Shown piece after piece: positions 51,815 to 62,329 of a stretch of 64,000 nucleotides of DNA. The first letter of the stretch is position 1. Each line of letters opens with the position of its first letter. The stretch comes from Candidatus Multivorans sp. (GTDB lineage Bacteria; Acidobacteriota; Thermoanaerobaculia; Multivoradales; Multivoraceae): contig OZ251997.1 of NCBI GenBank assembly GCA_965247095.1, positions 1,152,001 through 1,216,000 of the forward strand. Reading direction: 5' to 3'. The notes below the pieces were generated by a model, which saw only the letters and a program-made list of their open reading frames with translations, was not told where the DNA came from and made no database searches. The position numbers and the translations under genes were made by a program.

Positions 51815-52555
51815 ATACCGACCCCACCACGCGCAACCGGATCGCCGCGACACCGCCGCTGGCCGAGCCGCTACCGCGGCCGGCTGCGGAAGCTGCCGGC
51901 GCCGCGGAAAACGGCAGACCGTTTCCCGCACCGCCTTGGAAAACCGGCAGACCGGTTTCCCACAGCTACCGCAGCCCGTACGGCTACTGACTCAAAGGGG
52001 ACCGACGAGAGAAGATTCGCGTACACTCAACACGGCCGAGGTGGCTCACTTTCCAAACGTTGGGTGGCTCACTTTCCGAGCGTTGCCAACAGTCAACCAA
52101 GCGCTCGAGCCGGAGCACTTGGACCGGCTTCACCGGAAGATGCGGGCCGCTGCGGCGGAGCGGGATCTCTTCGTGTTCGACGGCTTCGCCGGCGCCGATC
52201 TCTCTTGCCGGTTGAAGGTTCGCGTGATCAGCGAGCGGGCGTGGCACAGTCTGTTCGCGCGCAACATGTTCCTGCGCGCGCCGCATGCCGCCGCGTTGAA
52301 CGGCTCTAAGCCCGACTTCACGGTCGTCGACATCCCCAGCGTCCTGGCCGACCCGGAGACGGACGGCACCAACAGCACGACCTTCATCGTTCTCGACCTG
52401 GAGTGGCATCTGACCCTGATCGGCGGCAGCAGCCGCTCCTTCAGGCTCATCTGTCATGGGACAAGGCTTCGGGGTCGGGTCACACCTCCAAGCTGCTAGG
52501 CTGTTGCCGAGACTTGCCGAACCCAGGGACAACAAAGAAGGGAGGCGCGTACCGA

Positions 52556-52783
52556 ATGAGCGATGACGCAGTCAAGGAAGAACTTCTGGCTCAGGAGGGT
52601 GAGTTCCGCAAGCTCTACGACGAGCATCAGGCATGTGAGAACCAACTCGAAGAACTGGTCGGCCGACCCATCCTCTCGCCGATCGACCAGACCGAGGCCA
52701 AGCGCATCAAGCTCCACAAACTCGCCCTCAAGGACCGCATGGAGTCGATCATCCGGTCCCACGCTCTTCAAGCCGCCAAGTAG
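52556..52783 (+). CDS. YdcH/DUF465 family small protein
   Basis: EFRKLYDEHQ...IKLHKLALKDRM; GGAGG RBS. Confidence 0.8.
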   Translation: MSDDAVKEELLAQEGEFRKLYDEHQACENQLEELVGRPILSPIDQTEAKRIKLHKLALKDRMESIIRSHALQAAK

Positions 52784-52869
52784 CGCGGTTCAACTGCGTC
52801 CCCTCCCACCATTTCGCACCCGGCCAGGGAGGAACCGATCGCCTCGAGGGTTGGATCGGACCTGAACGA

Positions 52870-53568
52870 ATGAAGTTCGCACGGGAAGCCTGGCCCTTTG
52901 TGCTGCCGTTCCTGGCGGCAGCCGGCGTGTTCTGGCTGGTCGGGATTCTCCTGGCTGCTGTTTCGATGACTGTGCTCGGCCTGCTGGTGCTTCTCTTCTT
53001 CCGCGATCCGACGCGGAACTACGACGGCCCACCCGACGTCGTTCTCGCGCCCGCCGAGGGTACGGTCACCGCGGTCGAGGTCATCACCGACAGCGCTCTC
53101 GGAGACGAAACGTGGCGCCGCATCTCGATCTTTCTGTCGGTGTTCAACGTGCATACCCAAAAGACGCCGGTCGAGGGCGTCGTGATCGGCAGCATCGCGT
53201 CACCGGGCAAGAAGCTGCCGGCGTACCGTAAGGAAGCGGGCGACGTGAACGAGAACCACCTGACCCTGCTCCGTCGCACCCAGGGCGACTTGATTGCGGT
53301 GCGGCAGATTGCCGGTCTGGTCGCGCGGCGCATCGTCTCGCGCCTGCAGGCCGGTCAACGAGTGGTCCAGGGCGAACCCCTGGGCCTGATCAAGTTCGGC
53401 TCTCGGGTCGACGTGTTCGTGCCGATGTCCTACGACCCGTTGGTTGAAAAGGGGCAGCGTGTGATCTCCGGTGAGACGCCGATCGCCATGCCCACCGATC
53501 CGTCTACACCGCCGCCCGGCGACTTCCCCGTCAGGAGACCGCCGGCCCGCTCCTCCGCCGCACCATGA
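52870..53568 (+). CDS. psd: Phosphatidylserine decarboxylase proenzyme
   Basis: FFRDP, ISIFLSVFNVH, QIAGLVARRI, IKFGSRVD cleavage motif. Confidence 0.95.
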   Translation: MKFAREAWPFVLPFLAAAGVFWLVGILLAAVSMTVLGLLVLLFFRDPTRNYDGPPDVVLAPAEGTVTAVEVITDSALGDETWRRISIFLSVFNVHTQKTPVEGVVIGSIASPGKKLPAYRKEAGDVNENHLTLLRRTQGDLIAVRQIAGLVARRIVSRLQAGQRVVQGEPLGLIKFGSRVDVFVPMSYDPLVEKGQRVISGETPIAMPTDPSTPPPGDFPVRRPPARSSAAP

Positions 53569-54344
53569 CCTGGAGACCCAGAAAGGGCGCCAGACCCCTG
53601 CGCGCCGGGGCCTACCTCATCCCCAGCCTGTTCACGACGGCGAACATGCTGCTCGGCTTCTACGCCCTGCTGGCCGGGTTGGAAGGGCAGTTTCGGGCCG
53701 CGGTCCTGATGATCTTCGCGGCCGCCGTGCTCGACACCCTGGACGGGCGGATCGCCCGCCTGACCGGTACCGCGAGCCCCTTCGGCCGGGAGTACGACTC
53801 GCTCGCCGATCTGGTCTCCTTCGGCCTCGCGCCCGCCCTGCTCTGCTACCTCTGGGGCCTGGACGAACTCGGCCGGGCCGGCTTCGCGGCGCCGGCCGTC
53901 TACCTGCTCTGCAGTGCCGCCCGACTCGCCCGCTTCAACGTCAGCCGGCGGACCAGCGACCCCGCGTACTTCGTCGGTCTGCCGGCGCCCGCGGCAGCCG
54001 GCGCAATCGGCTCGATCCTCTTCTTCGTCGACACCAGGGGCGACTCCTTCGTTCTGCAGCTCGCGGTTCTCGGCGCCCTCGTCGTCGTGGGCCTGCTTTC
54101 GGTTTCCACATTCCGCTACCTCAGCTTCAAGGAGCTCGACTTCCGGCGACGCAGAGGCTTTCGCGTGGTGGTGATCATCGCCGCCATCGTGGTGCTCGCC
54201 CTGATCCACATCGGCCTCTTCTTCCTGGTCGGCGCCGCGAGCTACGCACTCTCAGGACCGACCGCCTGGCTGGCAAGGAGGTTGCACCGGCGACGCCGCG
54301 ACGCCCGAACCCGTGTCGAGCCTGCCGGCGGCGCCGGCCCCTAG
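53565..54344 (+). CDS. pssA: CDP-diacylglycerol-serine O-phosphatidyltransferase
   Basis: DTLDGRIARL...FGREYDSLADLVSFG, ARLARFN, FVGLP; follows psd. Confidence 0.93.
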   Translation: MTWRPRKGARPLRAGAYLIPSLFTTANMLLGFYALLAGLEGQFRAAVLMIFAAAVLDTLDGRIARLTGTASPFGREYDSLADLVSFGLAPALLCYLWGLDELGRAGFAAPAVYLLCSAARLARFNVSRRTSDPAYFVGLPAPAAAGAIGSILFFVDTRGDSFVLQLAVLGALVVVGLLSVSTFRYLSFKELDFRRRRGFRVVVIIAAIVVLALIHIGLFFLVGAASYALSGPTAWLARRLHRRRRDARTRVEPAGGAGP

Positions 54345-54377
54345 CGACCGGCGCCGCGCTGCTACTCTCCGCGGTCC

Positions 54378-55430
<1,053 letters not shown>

Positions 55431-55463
55431 CTGGTCACAAAGTCAGACAAGGACGGTACGCGC

Positions 55464-56585
55464 ATGACCAAACTGAGACGCAGGGACTTCCTGGGCAAGG
55501 CCGCCCTCGCGACGGCCGGGGCGGGCGCCGTAGCCGCCTGTGGCGGGCCCACGGCGGGACCCGACGGCGCACCGGCCGTGGTGACCAAGCCCCGCCTGCA
55601 ATGGCGCCTGGCCTCCAGCTTCCCCCGCGGCCTCGACACGATCTACGGCGGCGCGGAAGTTCTCGCAGAGCGGGTCGAGAGCCTGTCCGAGGGCCGATTC
55701 CGGATCCGCGCCTACCCCGCCGGCGAACTGGTTCCCGGGCTCGGGGTGCTGGACGCGGTCCAGCAGGGCACTGTCGAGCTCGGTCACACCGCGAGCTACT
55801 ACTACACCGGCAAGAACCCGGCCGTGGCCTTCGACACCGCGATGCCGTTCGGTCTGAACGCGCGCCAGCAGAATGCCTGGCTCTACCACGGCGGTGGCCT
55901 GGAGTTGATGCGCGAGGTGTTCGCGGACTTCAACATCCTCAACTTCCCCGCCGGCAATACCGGCGGCCAGATGGGCGGCTGGTTCCGGCACGAGATCAGC
56001 ACCCTGGAGGAACTGGGTGGCCTGAAGATGCGAATTCCGGGGCTTGGCGCCGAGGTGCTCAGTCGCCTTGGCGTGACGGTCCAGACCATCCCGGGCGGCG
56101 AGATCTATACCGCCCTCGAGCGCGGCGTTGTCGATGCCGCCGAGTGGGTCGGTCCCTACGACGACGAGAAGCTCGGCTTCCAGCGGGTGGCGAAGAACTA
56201 CTACTACCCCGGCTGGTGGGAGCCGGGCCCGACGCTCTCGGCGTACGTCAACCGGACCGCCTGGGACTCCCTGCCCACCGCATACCAGTCCATCTTCCAG
56301 TCCGCCGCCGCGGAGGCGAACATCGACATGATTTCCCGCTACGACGCCGTGAATCCGGCCGCTCTCCAGCGCCTGGTCAACGACGGCGTCGTGCTGCGAC
56401 CGTTCTCCGACGAGATCCTGACCGCGGCCCAGAACGCCGCGTTCGAACTGATGAATGAGAACGCGGCGGCCGACCCCGGCTACCGGAAAATCTTCGACTC
56501 CTGGGATGACGTACGCAAGTCGTCCTTCCGCTGGTTCAGCACCGCCGAGCAGGCTTACGCGCGCTTTTCCTTCGGCGGCGGCTAA
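55464..56585 (+). CDS. TRAP transporter substrate-binding protein (DctP/TakP-like, Tat lipoprotein)
   Basis: RRRDFL Tat motif plus VAAC lipobox; GNTGGQMGGWF, LKMRIPG, EWVGPYDD, YYYPGWWEPG. Confidence 0.93.
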   Translation: MTKLRRRDFLGKAALATAGAGAVAACGGPTAGPDGAPAVVTKPRLQWRLASSFPRGLDTIYGGAEVLAERVESLSEGRFRIRAYPAGELVPGLGVLDAVQQGTVELGHTASYYYTGKNPAVAFDTAMPFGLNARQQNAWLYHGGGLELMREVFADFNILNFPAGNTGGQMGGWFRHEISTLEELGGLKMRIPGLGAEVLSRLGVTVQTIPGGEIYTALERGVVDAAEWVGPYDDEKLGFQRVAKNYYYPGWWEPGPTLSAYVNRTAWDSLPTAYQSIFQSAAAEANIDMISRYDAVNPAALQRLVNDGVVLRPFSDEILTAAQNAAFELMNENAAADPGYRKIFDSWDDVRKSSFRWFSTAEQAYARFSFGGG

Positions 56586-56670
56586 GGCTGCGACCGGCGC
56601 TCCGGGCCTGGGAACGCGGGCGTCTCGCCCGCATCCGGCGTCAGCCGTCGGCTAGCCTGTGGCGCAAGCC

Positions 56671-57990
56671 CTACAGCAGCGCCGTCACCAGCTCCGGGTA
56701 CAGGCAGATCAGCGCCAGCCCGATGAGCTGGATGACGATGAAGGGGATCACCCCGCGGTACATCTGGACGGTCGTGATCCGCCGCGGCGCCACGCCGCGC
56801 AGGTAGAAGATCGCGAAGCCGAAGGGCGGGGTCAGGAACGACGTCTGCAGGTTCATGCCGATCATGACCCCGAACCACACCATGTCGATGTCGAGAATGC
56901 GGGCCGCCGGGGCGATCAGCGGAATGATGATGAAGGCGATCTCGAAGAAGTCGATGAAGAACCCGAGGATGAAGATCGCCAGGTTGGCGACGATCAGCAG
57001 GCCGATCTTCCCGCCCGGCAAGCCGGTCAGCAGATCCTCGATCCAGATGTCGCCGTAGACGCCGCGGAACACGAGCGCGAACAAGGTCGAGCCGATGAGC
57101 AGAAAGATGACCATCGTGGTCAGCTTCGCCGTCGCGTCCATCGTCTCCTTCACCGCCTTCATGGTCAGGCGGCCGCGCGACAGGGCGAGGACGATGGCGC
57201 CGACGGCGCCCAACGCGCCGGCCTCCGTCGGCGTCGCGATGCCGGCGAAGATGCTGCCCAGAACGACCAGGATCAAAACCAGCGGCGGCGCCATGACCAG
57301 CGCCACCTGACGGGCCAGGGCGCCTCCATGGACGGTCCGCTCCTCGGCGGGAAGGGCCGGCGCCGCCTCTGGGCGAGCAATCGCCACACCCACGACATAG
57401 ACCGCGTAGAACCCCGCCAGCATCAGTCCCGGTATCAGGGCGCCGACGAACAGGTCGCCGACCGAAATGCCGAGCTGGTCGGCCAGCACCACGAGCACCA
57501 CGCTGGGCGGGATGATCTGTCCCAGGGTGCCGGCGGCGCTGATCACGCCGGTGGCCAGCATCGGCGAGTAGTCGTAGCGCAGCATGACCGGCAGCGAGAT
57601 CAAACCCATCGCGACCACCGAGGCGCCCACCACACCGGTAGCGGCGGCAAGCATGGCGCCGACGATGACAACCGCCAGGGCCAGACCGCCGCGCAGGCGG
57701 CCGAACAACATCCCGATCGTGCGCAGAAGATCCTCCGCGAGCCGCGATTTCTCCAGCATCGTGCCCATGAAGATGAAGAACGGCACGGCCAGCAGAACGC
57801 CGTTCGACATGACGCCGAAGACCCGCTCGGGAAAGGCGTACAGGAGGTTCCAGGAGAAGAGCCCGAGTTCGATGCCGATGAACGCGAAGATGAGCGCCGT
57901 GCCGCCGAGCGAGAACGCGACCGGGTAGCCCGCGAAGATGAACAGGAACACGACCACGAACATCAGCGGGCCCAGGAAGTCGCCGCTCAC
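56671..57990 (-). CDS. TRAP transporter large permease DctM
   Basis: GYPVAFSL, LLAVPFFIFMG, GTLGQIIPPS, LTPPFG. Confidence 0.95.
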   Translation of the reverse strand: MSGDFLGPLMFVVVFLFIFAGYPVAFSLGGTALIFAFIGIELGLFSWNLLYAFPERVFGVMSNGVLLAVPFFIFMGTMLEKSRLAEDLLRTIGMLFGRLRGGLALAVVIVGAMLAAATGVVGASVVAMGLISLPVMLRYDYSPMLATGVISAAGTLGQIIPPSVVLVVLADQLGISVGDLFVGALIPGLMLAGFYAVYVVGVAIARPEAAPALPAEERTVHGGALARQVALVMAPPLVLILVVLGSIFAGIATPTEAGALGAVGAIVLALSRGRLTMKAVKETMDATAKLTTMVIFLLIGSTLFALVFRGVYGDIWIEDLLTGLPGGKIGLLIVANLAIFILGFFIDFFEIAFIIIPLIAPAARILDIDMVWFGVMIGMNLQTSFLTPPFGFAIFYLRGVAPRRITTVQMYRGVIPFIVIQLIGLALICLYPELVTALL

Positions 57991-58556
57991 GACAGCTCCT
58001 CCTCTTCGGCGCCGGCGCGGAGCGCGCGCAGACGCAACCAGTTGCGCGCGGCTTCGGCCATCCCCTGCAGGGCCAGGAGCGTGAATGCCACCAGCAGCAC
58101 GCTCTTGATCGGATACCTCGGCAGACCGCCGGGATCGGAAGACACTTCAAGCACCGCCCAGGAGTTCCGCACCGCCGGCCACGACGTGACGAGTCCGAAG
58201 AACGCGAACGGGATCAAGAAAAGCAGCGAACCCCAGAGGTCGATCCGCCGCCGCCAGCGCTCCGGCAGCCGGCTGTAGACCACGTCGACCCGGACGTGGG
58301 CGTTGGTCTGCAGCGCGTACGACGCGCCCAGCAGGAACACCAGGCTGAACATGTACCACTGCAGTTCGAGGTAGGCGTTCGAACTCAGGTGCCAGCCGGT
58401 GAACCGGCCCAGGTAACGGACCACCGCGTTGTACGCTCCGACCGCGACCATGGCCAGCGTCAGCCAGGAGACCGCGATCCCCAACCGCGAGTTGAGGCGA
58501 TCGACCCATCCCACGAAGCGAGCCACGAACTCGCCAGAGGTACGTACTGACGCCAT
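57987..58556 (-). CDS. TRAP transporter small permease DctQ
   Basis: ELQWYMFS, HVRVDVVY, SSDPGGLP; four TMs. Confidence 0.92.
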   Translation of the reverse strand: MASVRTSGEFVARFVGWVDRLNSRLGIAVSWLTLAMVAVGAYNAVVRYLGRFTGWHLSSNAYLELQWYMFSLVFLLGASYALQTNAHVRVDVVYSRLPERWRRRIDLWGSLLFLIPFAFFGLVTSWPAVRNSWAVLEVSSDPGGLPRYPIKSVLLVAFTLLALQGMAEAARNWLRLRALRAGAEEEELS

Positions 58557-58579
58557 GAACGCGCGCAGGCTAGCAGCCA

Positions 58580-59959
58580 GTGCGCGCGGTTGAAGGCGGC
58601 GGCGGCGTCGTGGCGGCCGCAGCGACGCCCGGCCTGCCGCGCCGATTCGCGCGGCTGGCGGCACTGAACACCCTCTCGAATCTGACCGTGCCCGTGGCCG
58701 GTCTGGCCGACACGGTGATGCTCGGGCGCCTGGACGATGTCCGGTTCCTGGCCGGGGTGGTCCTGGGGGCGCTGATCTTCGACTACCTGTACTTCGGCTG
58801 CGCTTTCCTGCGTATGGGGACGACCGGACTCACCGCCCAGGCCTGGGGCCGCGGGGAGATCGAGGAAGTCGCCGCACATCTCTACCGGGCCCTGCTGTTG
58901 GCGGCCGTTCTCGGCCTCCTGACGATCGCGCTCCGAGGCCCGCTCGGCGATGCCGGCTTCCGGCTCCTCGCCGGTACGGCCGACGTCGAGGAAGCAGGCC
59001 GCCGCTACTACGACGCGCGCATCTGGGGCGCCCCCGCGGCCTTCGCCAACCTGGCCCTGGTCGGTTGGTTCCTGGGCCGGGGCGAGGCCGCGCGTGCCCT
59101 GCTCCTGGTCGCGGTGGCCAACGTCGGCAACATCGTGCTGAACTGGTGGTTCATCATCGAGCTCGGTTGGGCCGCCTTCGGCGCCGGCGTCGCCACCGCA
59201 GTCTCGCAGTGGCTGGCTGCGTGCCTCGGTTTGGCACTGGCACTGACGATCGGCGGCGCGGTTCCCGCCTGGCGCACTGTTCTCGATCGCGCGGCACTAC
59301 GACGAATCGTCGCCCTGAGCGGGCACCTTGTGATTCGCACCCTGCTCCTGATCACCGCGTTCGCCGTGTTCACCAACCTGAGTGCACTCTTCGGCACCGC
59401 CCGGCTGGCCGCCAACGGCCTGATTCTCCGCGTTCTGAGCCTCGCCTCCTACCTCGTCGACGGCGCCGCCTTCGCCGGCGAGACCCTTGCCGGCATGGCC
59501 TTCGGCGCCGGCGACCGGCAGGAGCTCCGGCGGGTCCTGCTCCTGACCATCGGTGCGGCCATCGTCTGCGCGGTTGTCTTTCTCGTCCCGGTGCTGATCT
59601 TCCCCACCAGCGTCTACGGCCTGCTCGTCGATCACGAGGCTGTCGCGACGCTTGCCGCGGGCAGCAACTTCTGGCTGCTCCCGGTGTTGCTCTTCGCCGC
59701 CCTCGCCTACGCGTTCGACGGGTTCTTCCTCGGCCTGACCCAGGGCAGGTTGCTCAGCCGCGCGATGGTTCTCAGTCTCGGGATCGGCTTCGCCCCGATC
59801 GCCTGGGCAGCGGCCCACTTTCAAAACGAACGCCTGCTCTGGCTCAGCATGGTCGGCCTGATGGCCGCAAGAGCGGCCACGCTCGGCTTCGCGGCGCGCC
59901 GCTACCTCGCGCCGGGAGGCGCCGTTCCCAAGGCGCCGCCGGACGCCGCTACAAAGTAG
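58580..59959 (+). CDS. MATE efflux transporter (DinF-like)
   Basis: LSNLTVPVAGLADT, FLRMGTTGLTAQA, NIVLN, YLVDG. Confidence 0.93.
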   Translation: MRAVEGGGGVVAAAATPGLPRRFARLAALNTLSNLTVPVAGLADTVMLGRLDDVRFLAGVVLGALIFDYLYFGCAFLRMGTTGLTAQAWGRGEIEEVAAHLYRALLLAAVLGLLTIALRGPLGDAGFRLLAGTADVEEAGRRYYDARIWGAPAAFANLALVGWFLGRGEAARALLLVAVANVGNIVLNWWFIIELGWAAFGAGVATAVSQWLAACLGLALALTIGGAVPAWRTVLDRAALRRIVALSGHLVIRTLLLITAFAVFTNLSALFGTARLAANGLILRVLSLASYLVDGAAFAGETLAGMAFGAGDRQELRRVLLLTIGAAIVCAVVFLVPVLIFPTSVYGLLVDHEAVATLAAGSNFWLLPVLLFAALAYAFDGFFLGLTQGRLLSRAMVLSLGIGFAPIAWAAAHFQNERLLWLSMVGLMAARAATLGFAARRYLAPGGAVPKAPPDAATK

Positions 59960-60030
59960 CCGGGAGGGTGGGGCTACACTCCGTGCCGCCAACATCAGTG
60001 TCCAACAGCGTCAGGGAGGCCGGAACGCAG

Positions 60031-60816
60031 ATGGGAAAGCTCGAAGGAAAGACCGCTCTTGTCACCGGCGGCGGCACCGGCATCGGCCGGGCGACCGCGC
60101 TGCTCTTCGCCCGCGAGGGGGCGACGGTCATCGTGTCGGGACGGCGGCTCGAACCGCTCGAAGCGGTCGCGTCCGAGATCGAGACCGCCGGCGGCAGCGC
60201 CTGGGCGCACTCGGCCGACATGGAGGACGCGGACGCGGTCCAGGGGCTCGCGGCAGCGGTGCTGGAACGCCACGCCACGGTCGATGTCCTGGTCCACAAC
60301 GCGGGCCACAGCTCCAAGGTCCGCAGCACCCGCTACATCTCACAAGCGGAGTGGGACAGCGTGATCGCGGTCAACGCCACCGGACCCGCGATGCTGACCA
60401 AGGCCCTGCTACCGGCGATGCTCGCTCACGGCGGCGCCACCGTGATCATGGTCTCCTCGGTGGCGGCGTTGCGCCCAGGGGTCATGGCCGGCACCGCCTA
60501 CGGAGCGGCCAAGGCCGCCTCCCGCAACTACATCTTCGGCCTCGGCGCCGAGTTGCGGCAGTTCGGCATCCGCGCCACCAGCGTCCTGCCCGGCGAAGTC
60601 GACACGCCGATCCTGGCCAACCGGCCGCGGCCACCGTCATCGAAGGAGCGCGCCAGCATGATGGCCGCCGAGGACATCGCCGAGGCGATCCTGACCGCCG
60701 CCGCCCTGCCGGAGCGGACGGTGATCGAGGAGATGGTCCTGATGCCGACGAAGCTCCGCGACTACTCCGACGACATCGCGGCGGCGCGTACCCTGGGCGC
60801 GCCGGAGAAGGATTGA
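60031..60816 (+). CDS. Short-chain dehydrogenase/reductase
   Basis: TGGGTGIG, HNAG, YGAAK, PGEVDT. Confidence 0.93.
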   Translation: MGKLEGKTALVTGGGTGIGRATALLFAREGATVIVSGRRLEPLEAVASEIETAGGSAWAHSADMEDADAVQGLAAAVLERHATVDVLVHNAGHSSKVRSTRYISQAEWDSVIAVNATGPAMLTKALLPAMLAHGGATVIMVSSVAALRPGVMAGTAYGAAKAASRNYIFGLGAELRQFGIRATSVLPGEVDTPILANRPRPPSSKERASMMAAEDIAEAILTAAALPERTVIEEMVLMPTKLRDYSDDIAAARTLGAPEKD

Positions 60817-60835
60817 GATCGACCTCAAGTCCCGG

Positions 60836-61297
60836 TCAGGGTGTAGGCGCCGCCTTCTTGTGCACCACGGCCGCCCCGATCACGCCGCCGATCGTCGAGA
60901 ACACGACGTTGACCACCAGCGAAACGACGACGATCGCGATCACGCCAAGGCCCGCGATGGCACTGATGAGGCCCAGAGTCTCCAAGTCCTCGGCTGAGCC
61001 TTCCGAAAGCGCCCCGAGCCCCATCAGACCCGTGAGGCCACCCAGGATCAGGAGCCCCAGGAGAATGCTCAGGACCGATCCGACGACGCCGGCAAGCGCA
61101 CCGATCTTCGCGCCTTCGCGATAGGGCGCCGTTGCGGAGGCCGGCTCGTCCTTGAGCGCCAGATAGACGGCCAGCACGCCGCCCGCGACGACCAGCGCGC
61201 AACAGGCCAGGTTGACCAGTTGGAGGCCGGGGACCTGGGAAGCGATGGCTGCCGCGCCGCCGCCGATGGCCGCTGATGCGAGTTTCTTTCCGGTCAT
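60836..61297 (-). CDS. Small 4-TM membrane protein, vicinal-Cys paralog 1
   Basis: NLACCALVVAGG; GAGGAGA RBS; homologous to the 61331 and 62330 genes. Confidence 0.8.
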   Translation of the reverse strand: MTGKKLASAAIGGGAAAIASQVPGLQLVNLACCALVVAGGVLAVYLALKDEPASATAPYREGAKIGALAGVVGSVLSILLGLLILGGLTGLMGLGALSEGSAEDLETLGLISAIAGLGVIAIVVVSLVVNVVFSTIGGVIGAAVVHKKAAPTP

Positions 61298-61330
61298 GGA
61301 GTCTCCTCCGGTTGATGTCCCGGCCACCGA

Positions 61331-61804
61331 TTAGGCCGATGGCTTCTTGTGGAACACGCCGGCGCCGATCACGCCGCCGATGGCAGAGAACACGACATAG
61401 ACCACAAGACTGAGCAGGAACGCGACCGCGCCGAACGCCGCCATGCCTCCGGTCTCCGCGCCGGACATTGCCTCGAGCGCTTCCGGCGGCATTCCCTCCA
61501 GGCCCTCCAGGAACGACCGAACCTGTTCCATCCGGTCGCCGAAGAGCGCCGTCATCGGAATCGCCACGATCGCTCCTACGACCGCCGCCGCAACACCGGC
61601 CAGAACGCCGATCATCGCGCCGTCTCCGTAGGGAGCTGTCGGCGCGGGCGGCTCGCCCTTCATCGCCAGGTAGACGGCCAGAATCCCGCCGCCCACCACG
61701 AGCGCGCAGCACAGGCAGTTGGCGAAGTGGACGATCGGGATCTGGGAGGCGATACCCGCCGCGCTCCCGCCAATCGCTGCTGCTTTCAGTTTTTTCGGTG
61801 TCAT
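61331..61804 (-). CDS. Small 4-TM membrane protein, vicinal-Cys paralog 2
   Basis: NCLCCALVVGGG; same GAGGAGACTCCATG initiation region as paralog 1. Confidence 0.82.
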   Translation of the reverse strand: MTPKKLKAAAIGGSAAGIASQIPIVHFANCLCCALVVGGGILAVYLAMKGEPPAPTAPYGDGAMIGVLAGVAAAVVGAIVAIPMTALFGDRMEQVRSFLEGLEGMPPEALEAMSGAETGGMAAFGAVAFLLSLVVYVVFSAIGGVIGAGVFHKKPSA

Positions 61805-61813
61805 GGAGTCTCC

Positions 61814-62275
61814 TCAGACGGTTCTTGGGGCATTTCGGTGGACGATCTGGCCGATCGCCGCCCACACGAGGACGGCAATGGGCGCTGCGGCAAGCAAGGC
61901 AGTCAGAAAACGGCTGGTGGGCGTGTTCATGGGCAGCAACCAGTCGATCGCGGCCGGCGCCAGAAAGAACAGGATTCGCCGGGGCTTCTCGAGCAGCCAG
62001 TCACGGAACGGGCGAACGAGCGGCAGCACGATGAGCCCCAGGGTAAACCCCACGTAGAAGCCGAAGCAGCGGTGGCATACGGCGAGGGGCTGGGCTGCCA
62101 CATGAAAACTGCGCTCGGCGATCTGATGGCAGACCGGCGCGAAGAACTCGTAGAGCAGCGACGCCGCACGGCCGCCTGAAGCGGCCGACAGCGGCGCGGC
62201 AACGACCAGCCCGATCGCCAGACAGCACAAGACCGCGACCGTCCCGGTCGCCGCCGAGGTAGCAGGGCGAGACAT
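61814..62275 (-). CDS. DUF2085-like membrane protein
   Basis: VCHQIAERSF...LAVCHRCFGFYVG, AIDW, SRFLT. Confidence 0.8.
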   Translation of the reverse strand: MSRPATSAATGTVAVLCCLAIGLVVAAPLSAASGGRAASLLYEFFAPVCHQIAERSFHVAAQPLAVCHRCFGFYVGFTLGLIVLPLVRPFRDWLLEKPRRILFFLAPAAIDWLLPMNTPTSRFLTALLAAAPIAVLVWAAIGQIVHRNAPRTV

Positions 62276-62329
62276 CGGGAGCTAGTGTAGCGACTACACC
62301 ATTGGCCCCAACGACCTGAAGGAGCACTC

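Larger units (their letters stand above)
49510..52091 (+). mobile_element. IS21-family element, intact
   Basis: TG...CA ends; IRs TGGAGGCATCGCTCGGAAACTGAGCCACCCA and TGTTGGCAACGCTCGGAAAGTGAGCCACCCA; 6-bp target duplication GTCAAC (49504, 52092); repeated subterminal boxes. Confidence 0.96.
49252..52430 (+). pseudogene. pckA: PEP carboxykinase (ATP) pseudogene, split by IS21 and 3'-truncated
   Basis: TGDHTGRSPNDRF...WGPVN, then IS21, then QALEP...AWHSLFARNMF...DGTNSTTFIVLD...LIGG; homology ends before YAGE. Confidence 0.9.
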
